Part shown: positions 52,026-62,000 of the stretch, in pieces
How positions within the stretch are numbered: position 1 is the first letter of the stretch
How the letters are laid out: every line of letters starts with the position of its first letter
Assembly: GCF_001949145.1 (NCBI RefSeq)
Contig: NW_019091404.1
Span: forward strand, 3,410,001-3,472,000
Length of the DNA stretch: 62,000 nucleotides
Direction: 5' to 3'
DNA from: Acanthaster planci
Taxonomy: Eukaryota
Notes under the pieces: model-generated
The model's database searches: none
Seen by the model: only the letters and a program-made list of their open reading frames with translations
What the model was told of the DNA's origin: nothing
Position numbers and translations under genes: made by a program

Positions 52026-55000
52026 ATGCCCGAGGAGTCGGAGCAACAACATGAGGCAGAATTGCCCATGGAAAAGAAATTACTGGGTGAGGTGGTGTTA
52101 AAATTACGTCTAGACGTGCTGTGGTTGTCGAGATATTGGCTAAGAATGCGAACCATTTTGTCGACATTTTTTTAGTAAACGTGAATTTCGTCTACTGCGC
52201 ATAGCACAGTAATTCTTACATTATGGGCAGTGGGTAGTGCAACCACGACAACTGGTACTCGACGGTTTACTTTTGTTAATGAGAACCAGCGTGAAGTGCA
52301 ACACGTCGAAATTTGTTTTGCTCGTGGCGCGGCGGTCATCTGGTCATGCCGGTAGCCCGAACTTACACATGGGGATGGCGTAGCCCAGGTACATGTATGT
52401 TGCAACTTGGAGGACATCACATTACATGTACTTACAGTTATGCTTTATTTGTTTATCATCACTCACTATTTACTCAGTCACATTTTTTTGCCTAGTTTTA
52501 GTTTGTTACTCATAATGTGATTGCAATAGCCAGAGCAATCTCGTGTGGGACCAGCAGGGTCAAATGGGTTATTTTCAATGCATCACAGTGACTTTACAGA
52601 CGCGGCCGATTAAGCCAATAAAACGCGACAAATTTCAGGCAAAGCTGAAAAAGTCTTGGTTAATTCCATAAATAAGTTGCAGGGCATTGTAATCTTTAAA
52701 TTATGCATTTGTCCAAGATGGAATTCAGCGTGGTTACACAATGTATGTACATATGGTCCTCTGGAATTAAAGAAATTCAGGCCCAAATCTTTGCAAGAAT
52801 TGAATATTTTTGTAAATGTGAATAGAAGTAAATCATAGAGTAAAAAGTGCATCATTAACAAGAAGGGGGTGTGTCTTCGGACTTCAAATGTCTTACAATT
52901 GATAGGTGCATAAACGAAACTTTTCTGAGGAAATTTTCATAGTTTGTTTTAATTTGTTTCCCAAGCCTCTGGAGTCACAGGCACTGTGAAGTGGTTTAAT
53001 GTCCGCAGTGGCTATGGATTCATCAACAGGTTAGTCCAAAAAGATGCTGGAAAAAGATGTATAAAGCTGAATTGCACAAATAGCACAGCCATAACAGCAT
53101 CTCATAAAGTTGAAGTCATCACTCTATCATGGAATTAGGGCATGTAGATGCTCAATTAATTTAACCCTAATCCTCTTCAATCCTTGAAATCCTTTGGATG
53201 GTTTTGGAGGATTTTTGAGGATTGAGGTGAATGGTAAAAATTGCAAAGGATGCCATGCATGAAGGTCGTGGGTTAGACCGTGTGTTGTTTTTGCTTAGTC
53301 GAGCATAAATTGAGCCCTGCTTCAGCATTACGACAGGAACTGCTGGAGGATTTTGAAGGATTGATGCAGGAGCCACGCCTCCAAGTAACATTTTCAAGAA
53401 ATTTTGGAGGATTTCAGAGGATTGAAGGAGAATCCAATTTTTTCACCCCCCCCAATCGTAGGATTTTGGAGGATTGAGGAGGGTCCCCAGCAAAAAGGGC
53501 TTCAGGGGTTATGGTTAAGCTTCAAATGCAAGTACCTTTCAGTATTCCAACCTCCTTCAAATAATCTCTCTGCCGAGAGAACAGTACTGCCTTGTGGAGT
53601 CAATATGTCAGAACCCATCACAGCTAAGAAAGGCAAGCAGTCGGCATTGCTTTGCCGCACTCCAAACTCATTATGTGTTGTCCGTAATTTTTTTTTTTTT
53701 TTTGATGGGTGAAAGGAACTCTCTGCTGCAGTTAAAGGCTTTAACCCTCCAGGCTTACACGTCACTCTAAACTTTTATTTAAAAAGTTGAGAGTTGATGG
53801 TTAAATTTTTTGATTTATTTTCAGAGATGACACGCAGGAAGACATCTTTGTTCACCAAGTAAGAAATCCCCCTCATTATATTAAAAAACCTTTTACCAAA
53901 AGCCACTCATTTAAAGATTGCACTTCTACAACTGTAAAACCCACGTCGGTGTAAACATTAGAATTTGTTTTGAATACTGATTCATGTATCTTCCTACATG
54001 ATTACTGGCGCAATGTTCCCATTGGGTGTTCTCTTTTATTCCATTACATAATTCCCTGGTGATACTTCCACTTCAGACACTTTACACTTGTAGAAGCCCC
54101 TGTTTATGTACCACCATACATTTGTTTTGTCATACAGACAGCTATTGTAAAGAACAACCCCAAGAAATACCTGCGTAGTCTCGGTGATGGGGAAGTGGTG
54201 GAGTTTGACGTGCTTGCTGGAATGAAGGTAAATTTACATTAACTCTACTGGGATCTCCTAATTTGAACTTTCAAGGATGTACTGATGTGCAGTACCGCAT
54301 GGTTACCCAATTTTATTTATTCATTAACCCTTCTATGCTGAAGTCACTCTTTGGGTCATTTGGTGAACACTTCAATGAAGCACAGCTGTGTTGTGTTGTG
54401 CACTGCACCAACAGTCCCTCACAGGAATATCAGTTTGCACTTATGTGCTGCCCAACAACTGTGCTTCACTGTTTCATGTGCATAATTGTGCAGTAAACCA
54501 AATGCAGAGAAGAGGACTGCACAAAAGACCCTGGGTCTTTTGTCCTGACAACCTACTGTGTACACACTGAACCTCTGCATGTTTGAGTTCCATATAGAAA
54601 ATACATGTTCACCAGTGACTGTGGGCATTTGTGCACATTTGTGCTGTAAAACCAAAGGAGGGTTAATATACAATTTAGACAACATAAATCAAAAGTTGGT
54701 CAGAGTTAGAGTGAGTGCACTTGTGTGATTCAGCTGTGAAGATCATAACTTTTCAAACTCGTTAACTCTAATTTTGGCACTTAATCCAGTATTTACAGAT
54801 TGAATAGTTTCCCAGTTTTAGCATGGAGGTGAAAGGGTTACTCTGGTCTGTTTCTTCACACAGGGAGACGAGGCTTGCAACGTGACTGGACCTGATGGTG
54901 AAGCAGTCCAGGGTAGTAAGTATGCTCCAGACAGACGTCGTTATCGCCGCCGTAATTACTACCGTCGCCGCAAGAACACTGATGACCGTGAGGATGATCG

Positions 55001-56062
55001 CGAGGAAGAGAGGACTTCAGAGGGAGGAGATAACACAGAAGGAAGACGACAACGCGGTGGAGGAAGAGGTGGTAGAGGAAGAGGAAGAGGGCGGGGCAGA
55101 TATCGTAACCGTGGTTACCGTCGTCCAGCTCCTGAATCTGACGAGGGTGGTGAAAAGGTGATTGACCTTAACCATAATCCTAAACAGGAGCATTTGTAGG
55201 ATTTCACATTTTTGTATAACTTGTATCCTCTTTGAAGTGCTGGTTTGCTGTAACACCTTCATAACTTGATTGTGCTAGGGTTGTCTGATTTGGAGGACCC
55301 TGTTGATGCATTGCTGTTTGACTTTCTCAATTGACAGCGAGAGGATGATGAGAAGGGTGAGGATGGAGAGAGATCAAACCGTCGTCGCTACCGTCCTCGT
55401 TATCGGAATTACAGACGCCCACGTCGTCAAGAAGGTGATGAAGAAGGACCTGGCAATGAGAACAAAGAGAATGAGGGAGAACAGCGCCCTCCTCAACGCA
55501 GACGCTATCGTAGACGCAGACCTCAAGGCTCACGCAACCAAAAGACTGACTCTGGAGAGGTAAAATCAGTCAGTGTATGGTGCATGTTAACCCTAACACT
55601 CCTCAGTCCTCCAACGGGCGAAGGATTGAGGAGGGTTAGGGTTAAGGTCTGGGATCATAAGTCAGAACAAGACATTTGCACAAAATTACTATACAGCCAA
55701 CTCATGTTATTACTGTGATGGCGCTGTTCAGCTCTTACTGCATCTTATTGAATCATGTTTCAACATTGGGATGAAATTTGCTGGATATTCTTTTCTTATG
55801 AATGACACAATTGCTTAGATACCCTAATGTTACTTTGCCCGCAGCCTGATGTGAACCACGCCATTTCAGGCAGGCGGTTAGCAGGGGTCTCTGTACTATA
55901 CTGCTCAGATTAGTTTCTGGAAGAGTAAAAACATTTCCTTGTTTCTTGTAATGTCTGTAGGTCTTTTATTTACACATTTCTCTTGTATTTTGTTATATTT
56001 AGGGAAGTCCTGGACCGATTGAGGAGAAAGCCCAGGCTGATACATCAGAGAACAAGGAATGA
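52026..56062 (+). CDS. YBX1: Y-box binding (cold-shock domain) protein, YBX1/2/3 family, 274 aa, 7 coding exons
   Basis: Exons 52026-52086, 52966-53029, 53825-53858, 54138-54227, 54864-55157, 55338-55559, 56003-56062 (825 nt). [73 protein letters not shown]; alternating Arg/Tyr-rich and acidic blocks with an RG run. The symbol denotes the family, not one-to-one orthology. Confidence 0.96.
53165..53514. mobile_element. TTAA-flanked piggyBac-like MITE (AATCCT/AGGATT family)
   Basis: TTAA|CCCTAATCCTCTTCAATCCT ... AGGATTGAGGAGGG...GGTTATGG|TTAA; many GAGGATT repeats. Confidence 0.7.
55591..55641. mobile_element. Minimal 51-bp member of the same TTAA MITE family
   Basis: TTAA|CCCTAACACTCCTCAGTCCT, 11 nt, AGGATTGAGGAGGGTTAGGG|TTAA. 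Confidence 0.8.
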
Positions 56063-57769
56063 GTAACATCACGTTTAGGCCAGGCAGACACCCACATACA
56101 TCACCACAGACATCCTAGGGAAATGTTAGCTTCTGAACAATGATACCCAACCCTGAAGAGATGTTTGAGGGCCATTTTAGGCATAGATGAAGGCTTTGTG
56201 CTTCCCTTTTTTCAACTGCAATCTGTCAACGTAAGATCGACCATTAGATTAAAAAACTAAGTGCCCTGTCACCAAGAGTTGGTAAAAATATCCACAACCC
56301 TCTTGGAAGATGATACAAGAAATTTTTGCTTACATTATTCTGATGAACCACATTGAGTGGCACAGAGATTCGTTTTTGGCCGAAATCAGTCAACATTTGC
56401 AAAGTTTGTGGATAATGACACCTGTGTATGCTCCCTGATTGATTGTGGGTCACTGAAAAACCAAGGATGTATATTGACCTTGTTTTGACATTTAGTTGAG
56501 ACACGAGGACAAACATGCAAACAGTACTTATGATCCTTGAAGCAAGTTGATCTAGGGGTGGGAGTGTCAAAGGAACTTTAAGATGTGTAACACTAAATTT
56601 GAAGCCAAGGAAATGGAAACTGTTAGTTCACCGCCATTAAGGAGAAATACTCAAAAAGACAGATCTTGGTATCATCGGCTGTATGCTGGATTCAGCTCGT
56701 AAGACCTGGCATATTGTAGAGCAAATGTTAATGGTATTACAGTATTGTAGTTGAGGTGTTTGTGTCTTTTCCATCAGACTTGCTTTACTGGCTGTGGTTT
56801 TTTGGTTTTTTTCACAAACCCAGGTATCTGCCAATGGATTTTCATTTTTGTAGGAGATTTTGTACCAGTTGATGAATTTTTCGCCCAAGTGTTTTACAAC
56901 TTTGCGTTTGAATCTGAAATTCATCCTTGAGGGGAAAGCTTATTTGCTGCATTTTTGCAAACAGTTTTCAGTAAAATTTATTTTCAGAAAATTTGAATCA
57001 ATTGAATCAAATGAAAACTTTTGAAGTTTGGATTATTTAAAGTTTGCAATTGGCAGGTGCCAGGTTAAAGCCATTCTTACACAATTTGATTCCCAGCCGC
57101 TTTTATCCAGGAAAATTTTGGTCATTTTTGGCACGTTTTTGTAATTCCAGCATTTTTCTTTCTGTTAATTTACTACCATCTTTAGCAGGAGATCTTGTTT
57201 GTGACTTGCCTTTGCTGTGGAAACATCTAATGGCATTGGAAGTTCGAATAAGGCTCAAAAATAAAACATCTTGTTTGAGCAAAGAACTTGTAGACAGCTT
57301 CAATTTTGTACGTGTGTTATTGTGGCAACTTGGTTGGACATCACTCAATTCATTTAAAGTAACAATTAGTAGTCATATTGAAGCAAGAAATGTTAAGAGT
57401 CAAGGCTTTAAGTTGAAATAAATCCAGGGCTTTTGTGCCAAATAGGCAATCCTCGAACTTCAGAAGGCTTATGGGGGGCTGTTATACAGATTTACATGTT
57501 AAATATATTGTAAGCTTATGTAAAAAGTTGGGTGATACACATACAGTGTACATGTATATTCCCCTACATTCACTCCTGTGGCTTGTAATATAAGTTGTCA
57601 TATCTCGATCTTGGATACTGTCCATTTATTGGCCCAGAATGATCATGACAGGGTGATATATCCATATATCACACTCAATGTGAGATATTTCATTCTGCCG
57701 ATAGTGCATGCATGTGTGGGAGACAGAAGAGCTTCAGGAAGTTCAAGAGCAAACATTTCCGCTCCTTAA

Positions 57770-58532
57770 CCACTTCCTGCTGGGGAGCCCGGTTTCGGGC
57801 ACCGTGTGTTAATACGCAGAGCCGGGGTGCCCTGTTCCGGACAAAAGAGCTGGTCTGTGTAACGAAAGACTACTCGGAACAAAGGACCTGCTGCTGGGAA
57901 TTGCCATCATTTTTCACCTTCCATTTTTCAAAGGTAATCTGGCACTGCTTTGAAACAGTATACCACTGTTTTGGGCATAGCGCGCCCGCGGATTAGCACT
58001 GCGGACGAAAATGCTCCAGGGCCCCATTGATAAGCGGCACAGCGCCGCTGCTCGCTAATCCAGCTGTGTATGAAATGACGCTACTGGCATTCAGTGGAAC
58101 AAAGCAAATTATGCAACACCACACAATTCTAGGCTCTCTTTTATAGGGCTGCAGGCCTGGGCTGAATACTTTGGCATCAATGAAGGTTGCCTTACAGATT
58201 AGAGTAGCCGCCAGAGAGTCATTTATGTGGGGTAAATGTGCAGTAAATGAACACATGAATTTGTGAAGAATTATGAAAACGGAAAATCCTGAAAAGGTCC
58301 TGCCATCACATCCTGCTCAAGAGAAATCCACCCAGCAGGCACGGACGTANNNNNNNNNNNNNNNNNNNNNNNNNNNNNNNNNNNNNNNNNNNNNNNNNNN
58401 NNNNNNNNNNNNNNNNNNNNNNNNNNNNNNNNNNNNNNNNNNNNNNNNNNNNNNNNNNNNNNNNNNNNNNNNNNNNNNNNNNNNNNNNNNNNNNNNNNNN
58501 NNNNNNTACACGTCCGTGCCAGCAGGTAGTGC
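57770..58532. mobile_element. piggyBac-like non-autonomous element with its right TIR interrupted by a MITE
   Basis: Left TTAA|CCACTTCCTGCTGGG; right end after removing the insert is CCCAGCAGGTAGTGC|TGAA; GC-rich interior. Confidence 0.55.
58340..58518. mobile_element. Second copy of the CACGGACG MITE; interior lost in the assembly gap
   Basis: CACGGACGTA[N gap]TACACGTCCGTG; TSD CCAGCAGG at 58332-58339 and 58519-58526. Confidence 0.85.
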
Positions 58533-59331
58533 TGAAGTCAGTTTTCAGTGGTACCCAGGATACATTTTGTGTATAGGCTACCAGGGAATTTGATCAATGA
58601 AATTGCTCATACAACACTCATTCCCGACCCTGCAGCATACATACAAGGTAATGCACAGACCGCTAACCAGACTACATGTACCACTGGTACCCGCACCAGT
58701 TTCAGAACAGGGCATTTGCAGACGATGATGTTTACATCTGTTCAGTTAATTATACAGTTTGACATTAGGCCTATCGTCTTCTGAAATTCAGAGCTTGTTT
58801 CTTTGGATAAATTCCTTAAATAAAAAGATAAAAAGACAGAGGTGTGACAAAATTGTTAACTGCTGTGGTGTGGGATGTGACATTCTCCCTCACCACAGCG
58901 GTCAACAACTGTTAACTGATGCATTGACAAATCTTGGCGGGACATCATAGGAATGGTCAGTCAATGCCAGCAGTTACGAACAGCTCCCTCTACTGTTGTA
59001 CTGCAGCGATGCTGAAAAGTGAACTGCCATGCATGGAACTGAGCTTTATATTGAAAGAATAGCACCAGCTTCAGATGTTGGAAACAAAATGGCTGTTCAT
59101 AATGTGTACAGCAGAGCATGTAGTTTGGTGGCAATCATGTTGCAACTCTTGATACTCGGCTTGACAAAAATTGTTAAACAGCGTCCTCTATTGTCAATCC
59201 ATAGCCAGGAATGGGGATCACCTCCCTTAATAGTCCGCTCCGATCCAGACAAGTCTTGGTACAGACAAGTCTTAGGCTAGCACTGGCACATCTTTCCAAA
59301 GATGTCCTTCCAGACAAATCAGTGAATACCT

Positions 59332-60913
59332 TCAAAGTTCTCCACACTGTGAAATCATAACGGGTATCTTCGGTTTGTTGTTAGATCCAGTTGGTACATT
59401 CTGTAGGAAAGAAGTAAATGAATAATTCATATGATTTTTTTAACGACCTGATGGTTTAATTATTCACTCTGAAAAATAGGACAATCAGTATAGTTGGTGA
59501 TTTCTTTAAATCATTCACGAAATAACTTGTCTACAAATAGAGCCGTCTGAGCCATTTAGAATTTGATTCAAACCCTGATTTTCTGGCAAATTGTAGTGTA
59601 CTTCCCTAGCGGAGTGGACGTACATTACAAGGGGGAAGACTTCAACCTACCTCTATTTTCCTCATGACCAGAAGCCCATCAATCACCTTGCCAAAGACAA
59701 CATGTTTGGTGTCTAAGAAGTCACACTTTGCACAGGTTATGAAGAACTGGCAACCATTTGTGTTGGGTCCAGAGTTGGCCTGCATACAAACAGAAAACAC
59801 AGCAGATGAAGTCATCTTTCTAAGAGCTTACTTCAATGAACTTAAAGTAAAGCAATCTTAACCTGTCTTCCAAGACATGACTGTCAGTACCTTCCTGAAG
59901 CTCCTTCTGAATCCAGATTACATCACTAGGCAGGAAACTAGAACAGATCCTTGTACTTCAATTTTTTTTAGGATTATGGCCAATGTGAACATTTGATGCC
60001 TGAGCTATGCTTTCTTCATCAGTCTTGCAAAATCCTCCAAACTTTCCTCTGGGTATCAATGAGAATGTGCAACAAACAAACAGCAGTATTCAAGTCACTG
60101 AGTGAAACCTTTTGGCCCAGAGCTTAAGATGTAAGTACATGCACAAGATGAAACGTCATCTTCAGTGACATACGATGAAGGTGGCACCGTTTTTATTGTT
60201 AGTATCCACAGCTACGTTAACATACCATAGACAGGATGCCTGGTCCATCATGTTTAATCTTGAAGTTTTCATCTAGGAAGGTATTTCCATGGTAGATACA
60301 CATAGAACCTAAGCCATCCCCCTAAGTGATGAAATTGAACAGATAAACAGGAGGTGTTAACAACGTATTATTGCCACATTAAGCTACATTACTCAAAGCC
60401 AACAAGCTCAAACGCAGACAATGCAATTTTCTTGGAGTTTGGCATATTCAGTCTAATTTCTGTACCTTGACGAAGTCTCCTCCTTGGATCATAAAATCTT
60501 TGATAACTCGGTGAAAGGTAGCTCCCTTGTAACCGATGGGGGTTGACTTTTCATCTCTGTAAAATCAATTACACAGGAAAACAGTATCAGGCCAGTGTAA
60601 TGCACCAACTTGACCAAGACAAAAACAGAAAGTCCATCCTATACCTTAAGGTCCTTCTGATATGTAGGTCTTACAATGCATTCCAATTCTTACATAAGCA
60701 AAATGGACAAAAATGTTTCTTCCATTGCCTTGCTCAGAGTCACCATCTCTACATCATGACTACTCTGATTCACGATATCATCCACTAATCTTTCAGCATC
60801 AACCTTGAAACTACATGTGCATACCTATATTCTCCGGTGCAAAACTGTCTGAAATTTTCAGCAGTCTTTGGTACAACATCAGCAAATAATTCCATCTTCA
60901 TTCTTCCAATATC
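59332..60913 (-). CDS. PPIH: Peptidyl-prolyl cis-trans isomerase H (cyclophilin H, U4/U6 snRNP), 5' partial
   Basis: Exons 60913-60825, 60556-60466, 60321-60226, 59779-59651, 59400-59332 are in frame: [103 protein letters not shown]. First coding exon not found before 62000. Confidence 0.95.
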
Positions 60914-61385
60914 CTGGGGGAAAAAGAATTTTAAAAATGTTCTTAAAATTTTGGTGAGGCATGAAGGTCAAGCTACTGTCGGTACCACAATCGGTCTGGC
61001 CCATGTGTTTTTGCCAAAGGCTAGGAGGGGTATGGGTGGGATGAAGGGGAAAAAAAGGAACTCTGGCCATGGTCCTTGCTTTGTTGAGAAAAGGGAAAAG
61101 CAAAACTGGCTATAAAGGGAGGTGGTGAAGTGTGCAGTTTTGTGATGGTAGCTGACAGGAAAGCATGCATCGACGATACTTCAATGTAACGATGGAGGTT
61201 AGGCATTCAGGCATTCCTTGACAAATAGGGGGATATAGAGGTACATTACCAATAGACCACCACGACCATGTTGAAACAATGTTGATAGAATACACTGTCC
61301 CTTCTCCTACCTAAGGCCTATAAATTGCTAAATAAAGTTTTAACATACTGGGCAGTGAACAGAACACATCATGATCATGTACAGA

Positions 61386-61445
61386 TACATGTACGTTATA
61401 TGTATCTGTACATGATCATGTACAGATACATATAACGTACATGTA
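61386..61445. repeat. Perfect 60-bp palindrome, upstream of the first visible PPIH exon (presumed intron)
   Basis: TACATGTACGTTATATGTATCTGTACATGA|TCATGTACAGATACATATAACGTACATGTA; 61370-61390 duplicates 61411-61431. Confidence 0.95.
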
Positions 61446-62000
61446 CTTTACTATGAACCGGTCCCCAACTTCACGACCTTGCCTGTTATTCACGTTGGTT
61501 GCTGTTTTACAAGCATAAGCATGGCACTGAACATACACAGTGGGCCTGTTTGTTTCACACTGACCTAGCACGTCTGGATCTCGATCAGTGATCCTAATGC
61601 TAGTTCGCACCATCCACTATGTGGGTTTTGATGTCAGTAAATCAATGACTCAACGTCCAATGACGGATTGCTGATCCTGACATACTGTACCTGATCCAGG
61701 TCCGTGTGAAACAAACACAGCCAGTGAGTGATTTTTCATATTGTTCCTACCACGATCTGAGATCAGACAGTTAAAAGTCCCCTGAAAGTCCCAACCTAAC
61801 TTATTTTAAATTAACGTTAGGCCCTTTGTCCTCATTGAAAATGATGAGTCAGTCATGGCAATGGGGAAATCAGAAGAATATTATTCTGAAAGTAAAATTA
61901 AGCATAGGCCTAGGCTAATTTTTATAGGATTTATCTCAAACAAGAAGGAATATTATCCCTAACCCCATAGGGTATATGTAAAATCATATTGAAATCGGAG

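Noticed and set aside
53551..53690. H/ACA-like hairpins in YBX intron 2
   Set aside because: An ANANNA is present, but there is no proper two-hairpin layout or terminal ACA.
61841..61890. C/D snoRNA-like ATGATGA...CTGA
   Set aside because: Too short, antisense to the presumed host PPIH, and no terminal stem or guide recognised.
60914..62000. First coding exon of PPIH
   Set aside because: No NPVVFFD-like exon found; it probably lies beyond the window.

Overview
Eukaryotic, animal-like genomic DNA. It is AT-rich, has spliceosomal introns and two assembly gaps (44136-44615, 58350-58506), and is most likely a bilaterian invertebrate; the taxon cannot be fixed from sequence alone. I spliced the genes by hand. 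In order: a possible 3' fragment of an unidentified + strand gene (1-1000); ALG3 (-, 9 exons, one a U12 AT-AC intron); head-to-head with it, a small folate-receptor-family protein with a GPI-like tail (+); an NRY-type class A GPCR with an 11.8 kb intron (+); a swiprosin/EFHD-family EF-hand gene (+); an intact but divergent eIF5A paralog (-); canonical eIF5A (-); a Y-box protein (+) that appears to share a compact bidirectional promoter with eIF5A; and the 3' five coding exons of cyclophilin H/PPIH (-). Introns hold many non-autonomous DNA transposons, some nested and several with recognisable TIRs/TSDs, plus one SINE. The strongest novelty candidate is the second eIF5A. It keeps the hypusine lysine, but its normally invariant loop reads [12 protein letters not shown] and it has a basic N-terminal extension. 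It sits beside an eIF5A-YBX-PPIH block that looks anciently syntenic. No prokaryote-type systems (CRISPR, operons) were seen.
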